A stretch of DNA of 64,000 bases from an uncultured Planctomycetia bacterium (GCA_964629655.1 CAZVQU010000001.1:484056-548055); one strand, 5' to 3'. Shown: positions 48,525 through 59,246, numbered from the stretch's first letter. The notes: generated by a model from the sequence alone, not told the origin. Translations and numbers: made by a program.

Positions 48525-49823
48525 TTAAGCTTTCTTGGGCCAGAACTCCTTTATTAAGTCTGTACGGAAGCTGGTCTCATCAGGCGAGAAGCATTCGCTG
48601 AGAATCTTCCAGCCATTATCAAGGGCCTCTTCTAGAGAAACCTTAACTGATAAGTCCATCATCTGAGATTCAAAAAGTTTCCCGTACTTTAACAACTTCT
48701 CATCCCAATTACTCATCCTAAAGCCCATAGCCTTCTTTTCCTGGCTCTCTTTAAATTGAGAATAAAGCTGTATCATTCCGTCCATAATCGCCCGGTGATC
48801 TCTACGAGTCTTATCATTTACCTGTTGTTTAAGACGGCTTAGGGAACCAAAAGGTTCAATCCTTCCGGCCCGTAAGTAAAATTGTCCTTCGGTGATATAA
48901 CCTGTATTATCAGGAACTGGATGAGTAACGTCATCCCCGGGCATGGTGGTCACAGCCAAAATAGTAATCGAACCAGCCCCTTGAAAATCAACTGCCTTCT
49001 CATAACGCTTGGCTAACTGGCTATACAAATCACCGGGATAGCCCCTGTTAGAAGGAACTCTCTCCATGGTTATTGATATCTCCTTTAAGGCATCGGAGAA
49101 GTTGGTCATATCAGTAAGAAGGACTAAAACATCTTTTCCGCCTAAAGCAAACTTCTCAGCCACGGCTAAGCATAAATCCGGCACCATCAATCCTTCGACT
49201 ATCGGGTCAGACGCGGTATTAACAAAAAAGACTGACTTGCTTAATGCTTCTCCTTCCTCAAGCGTATCTTTAAAGAACATATATTGATCATATTTTAGGC
49301 CTATTCCGCCTAAGACAATCGTATCAACTTCAGCCTGAAGAGCTATCCGGGCTAATAGCTCATTGTAGGGCTCACCAGATATAGAGAATATCGGTAACTT
49401 CTGTGAGACTACCAAAGAGTTAAAAACATCTATCATCGGAATGTTAGTTCTGATCATTCTCTCAGGAATAATTCTTTTGGCCGGATTAACTGGCGGCCCG
49501 CTTATCTCAATTAAATTATCAGCTAAGGATGGTCCTTTATCCCGAGGCGCTCCGCTGCCATCAAAAATTCTTCCCAATATATTCTTTGAAAAAGTAACTC
49601 TCATCGGATGGCCTAGGAATCTTACCTCGTCATCGGTAGAGATACCTCTGCTACCAGAAAAAACCTGCAAAGACACAATATCATCCTCTAGCTTAATAAC
49701 CTGAGCTAAGGATTTACCGCGAGAAGTCTTTACCTCGGCCAACTCCTCATAGGCAACGTCTTTGGCCTTTACGGTAATAACATTACCGGCAATGCTAAGT
49801 ATTTTGCTGTGGACCTTCCTCAT
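48525..49823 (-). CDS. atpB: V/A-type ATP synthase subunit B
   Basis: [37 protein letters not shown]. Confidence 0.97.
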   Translation of the reverse strand: MRKVHSKILSIAGNVITVKAKDVAYEELAEVKTSRGKSLAQVIKLEDDIVSLQVFSGSRGISTDDEVRFLGHPMRVTFSKNILGRIFDGSGAPRDKGPSLADNLIEISGPPVNPAKRIIPERMIRTNIPMIDVFNSLVVSQKLPIFSISGEPYNELLARIALQAEVDTIVLGGIGLKYDQYMFFKDTLEEGEALSKSVFFVNTASDPIVEGLMVPDLCLAVAEKFALGGKDVLVLLTDMTNFSDALKEISITMERVPSNRGYPGDLYSQLAKRYEKAVDFQGAGSITILAVTTMPGDDVTHPVPDNTGYITEGQFYLRAGRIEPFGSLSRLKQQVNDKTRRDHRAIMDGMIQLYSQFKESQEKKAMGFRMSNWDEKLLKYGKLFESQMMDLSVKVSLEEALDNGWKILSECFSPDETSFRTDLIKEFWPKKA

Positions 49824-51562
49824 TGGTTCTCTCCGGTTCGGGTTTGTTTATCAACAAAACCTTCTATCGTCTTTTCCTGACTTTTAAAATCCTGGCTGCC
49901 GAATTCCTTATAATTCCAATCTATGAATAAGTGCCTCAGCTCATAGAAAGTTTTTCGAGCCCTTTCTTTTTGATCAAAACTAAATTCTTTATTCAATATC
50001 TCTGAGACCTTACTGAAAACATACTCTTGCCGTTTAAGATCAGTAGCGGCATCAACCTTATCAAAACCATTTTGCTGCAAATACACACTATCTAGAAACT
50101 CAGCCTTTAAGTAAACTATGAAGTCTTCCATAGAGGTTCCTTCCTCGCCAACAACCTTCATCATTTGATGAACCTCATTACCATTATTTAAAATATCTTT
50201 AGCTCTTGCTACTGCACCGAGATCAATAAAACCCTCATATCGAGACCAGCTGTCAATTGGGTCTATTGAAGGAAAGCAGCGGGCATTAGCTCTATCCCGG
50301 GATAACCCGTGGAAGGCTCCGACGACTTTTAAGGTAGCCTGGGTTACCGGTTCCTCAAAATTTCCTCCAGCCGGGCTTACTGTTCCGCCAATAGTAAGGC
50401 TCCCTTTTTCTCCGTTGCTAAGGCCGACTAGGCCTGAGCGCTCATAGAACTCCGCGATTCGAGATTCTAAGTAGGCTGGGTAGGCTTCTTCTCCGGGAAT
50501 CTCCTCCAGACGACCGGACACTTCCCGCATAGCCTGGGCCCACCGGGAGGTAGAATCAGCCAAGAGTAAGACGTTTAAGCCCATCTGACGATAGTACTCA
50601 CCTAAAGTTGCTCCGGTGTACACTGAAGCATCCCTGGCAGCAACCGGCATTGAAGATGTGTTACAGATAATAATTGTTCTTTCGATTAAAGATTTGCCGG
50701 TTCTTGGATCCGTTAACTCCGGGAATTTTCTCAAGGTTTCAACTACCTCACCGGCTCTTTCACCGCAAGCAGCTATGATTACAATATCTATCTCGGCATA
50801 GCGGCTGGTAAGTTGTTGCAGGACTGTCTTGCCGGCACCGAAAGGGCCGGGAATGCAATAAGTTCCACCCTTAGCCACTGAGAAAAAAGTATCAATAATG
50901 CGGACCTTGGTAATCAATGGCTCCTGGGGAGTAAATTTTTCTTTATAAACACCTATGGGAACTTTTATCGGCCATTCGAAAACCATGGTTAATTCTATAA
51001 CCTCTGCCTTCTGGTTTTTAATTTCAACGATTTTATCTTTAACGGTATATTTGCCCTTAGCGACGATATCTTTAACAACAAAATCTCCCTCTAAGTTAAA
51101 AGGCACCATAATGTAGTGCTTGAATATCCCTTCTGTGACAAAACCTAACCGAGCACCTTTTGTTACCTTGGTTTTAGCTTTAACTAGAGGAGTAAATTCC
51201 CACTTTTTCTTCTCATTAAGAGGCTCAAGATGAACGCCACGGGGTAGAAAGAAATCAAATTTTTCAGCTAGCTGAGGAAGGGGGTTTTGCAAACCGTCAT
51301 ATACCTGGCCTAAGAGGCCCGGCCCTAGCTTTACTGAGAGCATCTCTGAAGAAAACGCTACCTCATCTCCGATTTTTATACCTTTGGTGTCTTCAAAGAC
51401 TTGCATGTAGGCAATGTTTGTGCTTATCCTAATAACTTCGGCCATTAAGCGTTCTCCGCCGGTGAGAACATAGCCGACTTCGTTTTGGATAATATCGCCA
51501 TCAAAAGCAACAGTTATCATGTTCCCCTGTACTGATGTAATCTGGCCCTTGTTTTTACTCAT
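49820..51562 (-). CDS. atpA: V/A-type ATP synthase subunit A
   Basis: [35 protein letters not shown]. Confidence 0.97.
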   Translation of the reverse strand: MSKNKGQITSVQGNMITVAFDGDIIQNEVGYVLTGGERLMAEVIRISTNIAYMQVFEDTKGIKIGDEVAFSSEMLSVKLGPGLLGQVYDGLQNPLPQLAEKFDFFLPRGVHLEPLNEKKKWEFTPLVKAKTKVTKGARLGFVTEGIFKHYIMVPFNLEGDFVVKDIVAKGKYTVKDKIVEIKNQKAEVIELTMVFEWPIKVPIGVYKEKFTPQEPLITKVRIIDTFFSVAKGGTYCIPGPFGAGKTVLQQLTSRYAEIDIVIIAACGERAGEVVETLRKFPELTDPRTGKSLIERTIIICNTSSMPVAARDASVYTGATLGEYYRQMGLNVLLLADSTSRWAQAMREVSGRLEEIPGEEAYPAYLESRIAEFYERSGLVGLSNGEKGSLTIGGTVSPAGGNFEEPVTQATLKVVGAFHGLSRDRANARCFPSIDPIDSWSRYEGFIDLGAVARAKDILNNGNEVHQMMKVVGEEGTSMEDFIVYLKAEFLDSVYLQQNGFDKVDAATDLKRQEYVFSKVSEILNKEFSFDQKERARKTFYELRHLFIDWNYKEFGSQDFKSQEKTIEGFVDKQTRTGENQ

Positions 51563-52050
51563 CCGGCTACCTCACACAACTTATCAAAAACGACCGTACC
51601 TTTGTCTCTATCGAAAGTAAATAGCCTTTCTAATACTTGCAGCTTTAAGAAGTGAAGAATCAAAATCTCTAAGTCAAAAAAGTGTCCTCCTTCTAAAGAT
51701 TCGATGAACTCCCAACGCAGGTGCAAAAGTGCCTTCTCTATTTCTAAGGGTGTGCCTTGGTTTAAGTTTAAATCAAAAGAACTTCCTATGCGGCTCTCAT
51801 TCCTGCGAAATCGAGAGATCTCCTCTCTCAAAGCCCTCTCGAAATTTTTATAGTTAGCTAAAACCTCACTGTCCCCATCTCTGGGATAAAAATCATTGAG
51901 GCTAACGCCAGACACGCTCGAGAAATCTTTATCCGACAACCACTTTTTAGCCTCACCTAAAAAACCTTCTTTATCAATGTAGCTTTCTTGCCCAAAAGTT
52001 AAAAAGGGAAGTTGGGATACGAAATAATAATACTTATCCATTGTTTGCAT
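51559..52050 (-). CDS. DUF2764-family V-ATPase subunit (C-like)
   Basis: YYYFVSQLP, FERALR, PLEIE...RW, HFFD...LKLQVLER; position between E and A. Confidence 0.82.
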   Translation of the reverse strand: MQTMDKYYYFVSQLPFLTFGQESYIDKEGFLGEAKKWLSDKDFSSVSGVSLNDFYPRDGDSEVLANYKNFERALREEISRFRRNESRIGSSFDLNLNQGTPLEIEKALLHLRWEFIESLEGGHFFDLEILILHFLKLQVLERLFTFDRDKGTVVFDKLCEVAG

Positions 52051-52642
52051 CTAGGATTGCCGAAAGGGAGGGATTCAAGAATTCTTTCAAAGCCTCTAAA
52101 ATACTCTGGTCGGTAAAGTCGTAATGAAGGTCTTCTCCTTTTATGCCAATACGAAACCCTTTATCTATTGCCTTACTCACCTTTACCTCTATTGTTGCCT
52201 TAGCTTGGCTTTTCAAAGAAGCTATAAGTAGCTTGGTTATCTTTTCTTGCTCGGCCTTACTTACTAACACTTCCCACGATGCACTATTGCTTAAGGGCCA
52301 CTTATCTACTATCTTAGTAATTAACCCTACCATAAACTCGGGGCTTAAAGCTTCCCCGCATTTTTGCTTTAAGATTCGGCCGAACAAAGCAATTAGTTCT
52401 TCCTTCAAGGTCAACACTAAATCCCGGGATGCTTGCTTAAGGGAATCTTGGGAATTGGATTTTAACTTGGCAGCTGAAGCTTTTGCTCTCTCTTCTATTT
52501 TTTTAGCCGAGTCTTTAGCTTCTTTGACAATGGTTTCAGCCTCGGTCTTAGCTTTTTTAATGATCTCTTTAGAGGCTTTCTTAGCCTCGTCTATGCCATC
52601 CTGTTTGATTTTAGCGATTAAACTCTCTAATGTTACATCCAT
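52034..52642 (-). CDS. atpE: V/A-type ATP synthase subunit E
   Basis: KIKQDGIDEA coiled coil, GFRIG, YDFTD. Confidence 0.9.
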   Translation of the reverse strand: MDVTLESLIAKIKQDGIDEAKKASKEIIKKAKTEAETIVKEAKDSAKKIEERAKASAAKLKSNSQDSLKQASRDLVLTLKEELIALFGRILKQKCGEALSPEFMVGLITKIVDKWPLSNSASWEVLVSKAEQEKITKLLIASLKSQAKATIEVKVSKAIDKGFRIGIKGEDLHYDFTDQSILEALKEFLNPSLSAILDANNG

Positions 52643-52726
52643 TTACCTATTCTCCTTCCAACAGAGCCTTTAGAAAAAGTATTCTAATTATATAACTTAC
52701 CCGGAAAAAAGCAATTTTTTTTATCT

Positions 52727-53398
52727 TTATCCCTTTAGAATGTCTTCGGCGGCCTTTAGGTAGTCGCTTTTCCCAATAATTGGTCTGCCAACAACTATAT
52801 AATCAGCACCATTATCAAAAGCTACAGAAGCGGTAGCAACCCTTCTTTGGTCTCCCTTTGCATCTTGGGGGTTGCGGATACCAGGAGTAACTACTTTAAG
52901 CCCAGGGAAATCCTTTTTTATCTCTTTAACCTCATTAGCCGAGGAGATTACCCCTCCTAAGCCTAGGCGCTCAGCAAGTTTAACTAGATTATTAATCTCA
53001 TCTTTACTAGCTTGGGAACTAGTAAGCACACTAACTCCTAAAATCAATGGTTCAGGCTCACCCAACTTCTTGGCCGTATCTGCGACTGCTGCCTTTACTG
53101 CTGTGAGAGCTTGGTTTCCGGAGTGTAAGTGCACAGTAAAAGCCCAACACCCTAGCTCGGTAATAACCGAGGATGCCTTAGCCATAGTATTAGGGATATC
53201 ATATAGCTTTAGATCTAGAAAGATATCTATGTCTTGACTGATAAATCCTCTTACAAAGTCTGGCCCAAACTTAGTGAAAGCAATTGAGCCAATTTTAAAT
53301 TTAACTCCCTTAGGTGCGAGCACATCAACTACCCTTTCAATTTCACTTTTCTCCTCTAAGTCCAAAGCAACAATTAGTTTTTCCCAATTATTATTCAA
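52727..53398 (-). CDS. pyrF: Orotidine-5'-phosphate decarboxylase
   Basis: VALD, FLDLKLYDIPNT, VTPGIR, DQRR, VVGRPI. Confidence 0.96.
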   Translation of the reverse strand: MNNNWEKLIVALDLEEKSEIERVVDVLAPKGVKFKIGSIAFTKFGPDFVRGFISQDIDIFLDLKLYDIPNTMAKASSVITELGCWAFTVHLHSGNQALTAVKAAVADTAKKLGEPEPLILGVSVLTSSQASKDEINNLVKLAERLGLGGVISSANEVKEIKKDFPGLKVVTPGIRNPQDAKGDQRRVATASVAFDNGADYIVVGRPIIGKSDYLKAAEDILKG

Positions 53399-54302
53399 TC
53401 AGGCCTCCTCGTAACTTTCCTATATCACTCACTTTATTTTTCCTCATATACTTCTTTACCCCCGATAAAACACCTTCAGCACTATTAGGATTAACTAAAT
53501 TTATAGTTCCTAAACTAACTGCGCTGGCTCCGGCTAAGATGAATTCAACCGCATCAGAAGCACTCTCTATCCCCCCGCCGCCAATTATCGGAATCTTAAC
53601 TTCCTTGGCCACCTTCCAGACCCGATAAAGACTCATTGGTTTAATTGCCTTCCCGGAATAACCCCCGTAAACATTGCCTAAGTAAGGCCTTCTAGTCTCG
53701 GTGTTTATTCGAAGTGAGAAGAATGTATTAACTAAAGATATCCCGTCAGCCCCGCCTCTTTTTACTGCTTTTGCAATTTTGACAATATCGCTTACCTCAG
53801 GGGTAATTTTTATAAATAGAGGTTTTTTAGTCACCTTCCTTAAAGCCTTGGTCAAACTATAAGTTGCCTTAGCATCCTGGGAGATTAGTTTTTTCAGCCT
53901 TAAGTTAGGACAGGACAGATTAATCTCTAAACCATCTACTCCTTTTTCTTTTGATAAAGCCTTTGCAACTTGGCTGTACTCCTGATTAGAAAAACCGCCG
54001 ACGCTGACAATGCACTTGCTATTTAATTTTCGAATCTCTGGTAATTTTTCGCCTATAAAGACCTTTAACCCCGGATTTTCCAAGCCTACCGAGTTCATCA
54101 CCCCGCATTCACTCTCGTAGATTCTTGGCGGCCGATTTCCAGCCCGCGGTTTTAAGGTTATGGTCTTGGTAGTAATAGCTCCAATGGCTTTGAGGTTGGC
54201 CAAGTCTTTTAGCTCATCGCCATAGCCAAATGTACCGGAAGCAGAAATGATCGGAACATCCAGCTTAAGTTTACCTAATTTTACCTTTAGATTAGTCTTC
54301 AT
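53391..54302 (-). CDS. pyrD: Dihydroorotate dehydrogenase 1B catalytic subunit
   Basis: ASGTFGYG, NSVGLENPG, EINLSCPN, GGYSG.AIKP. Confidence 0.96.
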   Translation of the reverse strand: MKTNLKVKLGKLKLDVPIISASGTFGYGDELKDLANLKAIGAITTKTITLKPRAGNRPPRIYESECGVMNSVGLENPGLKVFIGEKLPEIRKLNSKCIVSVGGFSNQEYSQVAKALSKEKGVDGLEINLSCPNLRLKKLISQDAKATYSLTKALRKVTKKPLFIKITPEVSDIVKIAKAVKRGGADGISLVNTFFSLRINTETRRPYLGNVYGGYSGKAIKPMSLYRVWKVAKEVKIPIIGGGGIESASDAVEFILAGASAVSLGTINLVNPNSAEGVLSGVKKYMRKNKVSDIGKLRGGLIE

Positions 54303-54655
54303 TTTCCTAAAATCATATTTATCGATATTAAAAGTAAAAATATTCCAAAGACCTTCTTTAATATCAGCGCTGGCACCTTGTGAACAAAAATTGCTCCAAT
54401 CAATCCTCCGACTAAAAACCCTATGCAGATAAAAGCAGCCATGTTCAGCTTAACATTACCCTCGGTATAATACTTCCAGGCAGCTAAAAGGCCAATTGGC
54501 GGAATCATTATTGCTAGAGTTGTACCTTGAGCCTGATGTTGGCTAAGGCCAAAAATATATACCAGTATTGGAATTAATACTGAGCCTCCACCGATTCCAA
54601 GAAAACCGCTGGCAACTCCTGCCATTAGCCCTAAAGCTATATATGTATACCACAT
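54299..54655 (-). CDS. Half-size TSUP (TauE/SafE) family transporter
   Basis: SGFLGIGGGSVLIP, AQGTTL; 118 aa, about four TM helices. Confidence 0.85.
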   Translation of the reverse strand: MWYTYIALGLMAGVASGFLGIGGGSVLIPILVYIFGLSQHQAQGTTLAIMIPPIGLLAAWKYYTEGNVKLNMAAFICIGFLVGGLIGAIFVHKVPALILKKVFGIFLLLISINMILGK

Positions 54656-54671
54656 ATCTACCTTCTCCCTT

Positions 54672-55457
54672 TTACCAAATATCTTTTATGTCAAATACCG
54701 GACCATCCTTACATACTTTTCTATAACCGTCTTTGGTTTCAATGGTGCATCCGCAACACGCTCCCAGGCCACAGCCCATAAACTGTTCGAAGGAAACCTG
54801 ACAGTTTACATTCTTATTCTTACCGATAACTTTCCTTATTCCTTTGAACATAGCCTCCGGGCCACAGGTGTATATGTTTATTTTATCACTCTTATTAAAC
54901 TTTTTCGAAAGACTTTTTAAAATATCTACTGCGGTTCCTTTCTCACCCATTGACCCATCTTCAGTAGCGAGATAAACCTTACAGCCTCTCCTCTTAAACT
55001 GATCTACCCCTATACTATCCTGCTTATTCTTTGCCCCTAAGATAACTAGCGGTTTAGGTTTTTTTAGTTTATCAGCAAGGAATACCAACGGGGCAACGCC
55101 TAGTCCTCCGGCAAGAAGAATATTCTCATCAGCCCTGCCGTTTAAACGAAACCCTTCCCCCAGGGGACCGATAATACTTAGCTTGTCCCCGGCCTTGTAT
55201 CCGGACAAAATCTTGGTTCCTCTTCCCCGAATTCTAAAGAGGACGAACACGGTTTTGCCCCTAAGACAATGGATACTAAACGGTCTCCGGAGAATAGTTT
55301 TAATTATTTTAATATGCAGGAATTGTCCGGGCTGAGATTTCTTTGAAATATAGGCAGAATCAAAGCTTAAAAGAAAGACATCGGGCTTGATTTTATTGAG
55401 TTTTTTGACCCTTACGGTAAGTTCTTTAGGGGTATGAACCTTCATCATGCTTCCCAT
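54672..55457 (-). CDS. pyrK: Dihydroorotate dehydrogenase electron transfer subunit
   Basis: RRPFSI, GGLGVAP, TEDGS, CGP, MGCGLGACCGC, VCKDGPVF. Confidence 0.95.
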   Translation of the reverse strand: MGSMMKVHTPKELTVRVKKLNKIKPDVFLLSFDSAYISKKSQPGQFLHIKIIKTILRRPFSIHCLRGKTVFVLFRIRGRGTKILSGYKAGDKLSIIGPLGEGFRLNGRADENILLAGGLGVAPLVFLADKLKKPKPLVILGAKNKQDSIGVDQFKRRGCKVYLATEDGSMGEKGTAVDILKSLSKKFNKSDKINIYTCGPEAMFKGIRKVIGKNKNVNCQVSFEQFMGCGLGACCGCTIETKDGYRKVCKDGPVFDIKDIW

Positions 55458-55468
55458 ATTATAGCAGA

Positions 55469-57295
55469 TTATTTTAGTTTAACAATGGGGGAAAATCGAG
55501 GTTTTATGGTTGCCAAAAGACCCTTCACAGAGTTGCCAATATAGACTTTATCAGCACTCCTAAGGTCTTTTAGGTAGAGTATTTTCTCTTTTACTTTTCC
55601 TTCCTTTATGAGATGTTCCCTTAAGACTCCCGGCAAAAGACCGCTTCCAATCGGTGGGGTATAGAATTTTTTATTCTTAAGGATAAAAAGATTAGCTATG
55701 GCCCCCTCAGTGAGTTCTCCTCTTTCATTTAAAAAGATGGTTTCAAAATACCCTTTAGCTAATCCTTTTTTTCTTTCCTTATCATAAAAAGCCCTTTTAG
55801 TTGTTTTATGGTAGAGAAACTTATCTTTAGAGTTTATTCTTCTCTCACTTATTCTTATCTTAATCGGAGCCTTGATCTTTTTTACTGGTTCTTTGGTAAT
55901 GTTAATACTTCCTTGCGAATCTAAAGCTAACCTTACCTTTAAATTCTTCTTTTCACTCAAGATAGATTTTTTTAATTCCTTTTTAATCTCTTTCTCTTTG
56001 TAAGGATAAGAAAAATGCTTAGCTGATTTCTTCAATCTCCTTAAATGTAAATCCAAAAGATAATAGCCTTTACCTTTCTCCCAAAGAATACTCTCAATAA
56101 GGCCTGGCTTTTCTAACCGGTCTTTAAAAAACTTGGCTTTAAGCAGTGCCTCCTCATATTCAGCTTTCGGCTTTGAGTCATAGACTATTCCTCCGCCGAT
56201 TCCCAGCTCTCCTTTATTCTTCTTAATCTGAACCGTTCTTATCGCTACATTAAAGCAACACTTTGCCTTTGGTGAGATATACCCGATTGCTCCGGTATAT
56301 ATTCCCCGAGGTTCTTTCTCTAACTTATTAATTATCTGCATGGTCTTAATCTTTGGTGCTCCGGTCACTGAGCCACAGGGGAAAAGCGAAGAAAATACCT
56401 CTTTTAATGTTAAATTCTTCTTTAGTTTTCCCTCTATGGTTGAAGTCATCTGATAAAGGGTAGGATGTTTTTCAATATTAAAAAGCCTAGGTGCCCGCAC
56501 TAAGCTAGAGACTCTTCCTAGATCATTTCGCAACAGATCGACTATCATCAGATTCTCGGCTCTTACCTTTTTACTCTCTCTTAAATCAGCTTTACTCTGG
56601 GAATCTTCTTCTTCAGTATCTCCTCTTTTAATTGTTCCCTTCATCGGCCGAGCAATGATTTTACTATTATCAATCCTAAAAAATAGCTCCGGGGATAACG
56701 AAAGTATCTTCTCTTCTCGAGTGTTAATCAAAGCTGAATAAGAGGTTGGTTGAGCCTTTCTTAAATCTGAGTACAAACTAACTATATCGCCCTTGAAATC
56801 GAACTTTTCCTTAAAGGTAAAATTAACCTGGTAGCTTAAGCCTTGCTCAAGGTAGCATTTTATTTTTTTTATTTTTCCAGCATACTCTCTTTGACTAATA
56901 TTCGGCCTTATGTTTTTTACTTTGTATGGTGGTTTATCCAAGAGAGAACGGGAACATTTCCGGTTAATCTTTTTCTTATTGCTTATCTCTTTGGGCTTTT
57001 TACAAACCCCGACCCAAGCTAAAGGAGTTTTTCCCTTTAGCCTTAGGCTCCGGTGCGCTCCTTCTAAGAAATACCCAAATTCATAAGAGAAATAACCGGC
57101 AAGCCAATAACCTCTTTTAGAGTACCCTTCTAATTTCCTAAAAAATAGATCTAAACTATCCCCGGGCTTGAAAGTAACGATGTCTTTAAAGTTGGAAAAT
57201 ATAAAAGAAAACCTATCTTCCTGAGTTCTGGATAGGGTCTCAAGAAATATAAAGGGCGGTTTTAAATTATGAAGGTAATTAAGTGGATAGCTCAT
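55469..57295 (-). CDS. pabB: Fused aminodeoxychorismate synthase component I / ADC lyase (PabB-PabC)
   Basis: YQVNFT, SPELF, PMKGT, ENLMIVDLLRNDL, GSVTGAPK; C-terminal class IV aminotransferase (HLRRL, HKTT, LTEG, GLLPGV). Start refined to ATG at 57295 overlapping mutM stop. Confidence 0.9.
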   Translation of the reverse strand: MSYPLNYLHNLKPPFIFLETLSRTQEDRFSFIFSNFKDIVTFKPGDSLDLFFRKLEGYSKRGYWLAGYFSYEFGYFLEGAHRSLRLKGKTPLAWVGVCKKPKEISNKKKINRKCSRSLLDKPPYKVKNIRPNISQREYAGKIKKIKCYLEQGLSYQVNFTFKEKFDFKGDIVSLYSDLRKAQPTSYSALINTREEKILSLSPELFFRIDNSKIIARPMKGTIKRGDTEEEDSQSKADLRESKKVRAENLMIVDLLRNDLGRVSSLVRAPRLFNIEKHPTLYQMTSTIEGKLKKNLTLKEVFSSLFPCGSVTGAPKIKTMQIINKLEKEPRGIYTGAIGYISPKAKCCFNVAIRTVQIKKNKGELGIGGGIVYDSKPKAEYEEALLKAKFFKDRLEKPGLIESILWEKGKGYYLLDLHLRRLKKSAKHFSYPYKEKEIKKELKKSILSEKKNLKVRLALDSQGSINITKEPVKKIKAPIKIRISERRINSKDKFLYHKTTKRAFYDKERKKGLAKGYFETIFLNERGELTEGAIANLFILKNKKFYTPPIGSGLLPGVLREHLIKEGKVKEKILYLKDLRSADKVYIGNSVKGLLATIKPRFSPIVKLK

Positions 57296-58092
57296 CGCTG
57301 ACAGTGCTTGCAAAAACAAGTTCCTCTTCCTCCTAAAGAAATCTTCTCCAGGGGTCTTTTGCAACTATAGCAGGTTTTATCTTTTCTCCCGTATACCTTT
57401 AACCTTTTTTCCATTCCGCCCCTGTCTCCTCCTAAATCCCGATAGGTGTCGACTGATGACCCTTTATACTTTATGGCTTCTTTTAACACCGAGACTATTT
57501 TTTCGTAGAGACATTTTATCTCTCTCTCGTTCAAAGAGTCAGAGGGCCTTCTAGGGTCTATCTTAGCTAAGAATAGAGCTTCTTGAGCGTAAATATTTCC
57601 TAACCCGGAGATTAGAGTTTGATCTAGGAGTAAGACTTTTATCTTGGTCTTTTTGGCCATTAAAAGTTCTTTGAATTTAGTTAATCTCATGTCCAAAGCT
57701 TCAGGCCCCAATGTTTTTATAAATTTTAGATCTTCATAGTCCTTACACAGCCTTAATTCTCCTAACACCCGAGAATCCATATAATTTAAGACCTTGCCAT
57801 CGGAGAGATAAAAAACTGCCCGGGCTCTGGGGTCTTCTTCCCCATAAAGAAGCCAACCTGATATTCTTAAATGTATTACTAAAAACTTATCTTCTTTTAA
57901 TTGAATTATGATAAGTTTAGCTCGGCGGCTTACCGCTTTAACTTTTTCACCGATTAAGCCCCTTTTAAAACCGGCAGCCGAGGGTTCTTTAATCAGTGCC
58001 GGTTTAGCTATCTTAAAATTAACAATTTTTTTGTTGGTAATCTTTTCGGCGAGTTCTCTTCTTATTGTCTCAACTTCTGGTAGCTCTGGCAT
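57292..58092 (-). CDS. mutM: Formamidopyrimidine-DNA glycosylase
   Basis: MPELPEVE, HLRISG, GLGNIYAQE, C-terminal zinc finger. Confidence 0.97.
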   Translation of the reverse strand: MPELPEVETIRRELAEKITNKKIVNFKIAKPALIKEPSAAGFKRGLIGEKVKAVSRRAKLIIIQLKEDKFLVIHLRISGWLLYGEEDPRARAVFYLSDGKVLNYMDSRVLGELRLCKDYEDLKFIKTLGPEALDMRLTKFKELLMAKKTKIKVLLLDQTLISGLGNIYAQEALFLAKIDPRRPSDSLNEREIKCLYEKIVSVLKEAIKYKGSSVDTYRDLGGDRGGMEKRLKVYGRKDKTCYSCKRPLEKISLGGRGTCFCKHCQR

Positions 58093-58095
58093 CTC

Positions 58096-58491
58096 TTATC
58101 CTTTAATAACTTTTACATAAACTTTTCTACTTCTTGGCCCGTCAAACTCACAAAAGTATACTCCCTGCCAAGTCCCTAAGGCTAGTCTTCCACCTTCGAC
58201 AATAATATTTAATGAACTGCCTAAAACAGAGGCTTTTATATGAGAATCAGAATTTCCTTCAAGATGAGAATATCCTTTTCCTTCGGGAATTAGCCTACCA
58301 AGATGATTGATAATATCTTTTTTAACTGAGGGGTCGGCATTTTCATTTATGGTTAAGGCGGCAGTTGTATGAGGACAAAAAATAATACAGAGTCCGGAAT
58401 CTATTTTTGCCTGGCTAAGGAACTTGCTGACATCTTTAGTGATATCAACAAATTCGTCTCTCTCTTTGGTAGTTATTCTTATGGTTTGCAT
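58096..58491 (-). CDS. yjbQ: YjbQ/UPF0047 family protein (second paralog)
   Basis: HTTAALTINENADP, HLEGNSDSHIK, LGTWQG..FCEFDGPR. Confidence 0.92.
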   Translation of the reverse strand: MQTIRITTKERDEFVDITKDVSKFLSQAKIDSGLCIIFCPHTTAALTINENADPSVKKDIINHLGRLIPEGKGYSHLEGNSDSHIKASVLGSSLNIIVEGGRLALGTWQGVYFCEFDGPRSRKVYVKVIKG

Positions 58492-58494
58492 CTC

Positions 58495-58722
58495 TTAGAT
58501 AGATCTCAAAACAAGAAGTATAAAGGCAATGATTAGAAAAACCGCTATCACTGAAACCCAGGGGCTTTTTTTGCGCCAGACACTCTCTTGGCCGCAATAA
58601 AGACACATAATTGCATCTTGGGGAATTGGTTTCTTGCAATGCGGGCAAGGAATTAGTTTCCCAAAATCTAGATCTTCGTTCTCTTCAGACACAGCGTCAT
58701 AATCAAATTGGCCTTCGCCCAT
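58495..58722 (-). CDS. Small zinc-ribbon membrane protein
   Basis: CPHC...CLYCG followed by a C-terminal TM helix. Confidence 0.7.
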   Translation of the reverse strand: MGEGQFDYDAVSEENEDLDFGKLIPCPHCKKPIPQDAIMCLYCGQESVWRKKSPWVSVIAVFLIIAFILLVLRSI

Positions 58723-58733
58723 CTTTACAAATC

Positions 58734-59246
58734 CTATTTTAAGTTCTTATAGATTCCTTGATATTCTTCGGTCTCATCGACCGCGATAAACATCAACTGG
58801 ACTACCCTGGCATTCTGCTTAAGGTTTATTCCCTTCGGGTTGGAAACCACTAAGATAAATTCACCCCTGCCCTTAAACCCGGCATCCCAGATTCCATTCT
58901 GAGTAAGCGCTCCCATTCTAAGAAGTGAAGTCCGGGTAAAGCCCAAAGCTGCTAAATTATTAGGTAAGTTTACAACTTCATTGGTTCTAACCTTGTAAGC
59001 CCCCTGCGCTAGCTTCCACCAGCCATACTTATCTTGGTCTTTTCTTTTCTCGGGGATCAACTCTTTACCTTCCGGTACCACTCTCTGGGAATTAGAGAAG
59101 TCTAAATCACCGGCAGAGTCAAATTCAAAAACCTTGCCAACGGTTATGTCGAACCCGTTAGGAGTCAGCTGCTTATCCTGGTTAATATAATCTTCAATTA
59201 AATTCTTCTCTTTAATCAATTGTTCAATCTCTTTTTTATTTAACAT
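58734..59246 (-). CDS. Trimeric dUTPase / dCTP deaminase family (archaeal-type dUTPase-like)
   Basis: QLTPNGFDIT, RTSLLRMG, WDAGFKG, RVVQLMF, YQGIY. Confidence 0.85.
   Translation of the reverse strand: MLNKKEIEQLIKEKNLIEDYINQDKQLTPNGFDITVGKVFEFDSAGDLDFSNSQRVVPEGKELIPEKRKDQDKYGWWKLAQGAYKVRTNEVVNLPNNLAALGFTRTSLLRMGALTQNGIWDAGFKGRGEFILVVSNPKGINLKQNARVVQLMFIAVDETEEYQGIYKNLK

Noticed and set aside
57296-57364. N-terminal extensions given by the ORF track (pabB, also ACP, KS-alpha, panE, cvpA, PAC2, OB protein)
   Set aside because: They overlap upstream genes or promoters. Downstream starts with an RBS or stop-start coupling match the family N-termini better.
253-58648. Numerous short ORFs antisense to, or overlapping, real genes (e.g. 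253-609, 20243-20596, 41120-41563, 52143-52673, 58445-58648)
   Set aside because: They are shadows of well-supported genes, with Ser/Leu/Phe-rich composition and no recognisable motifs.
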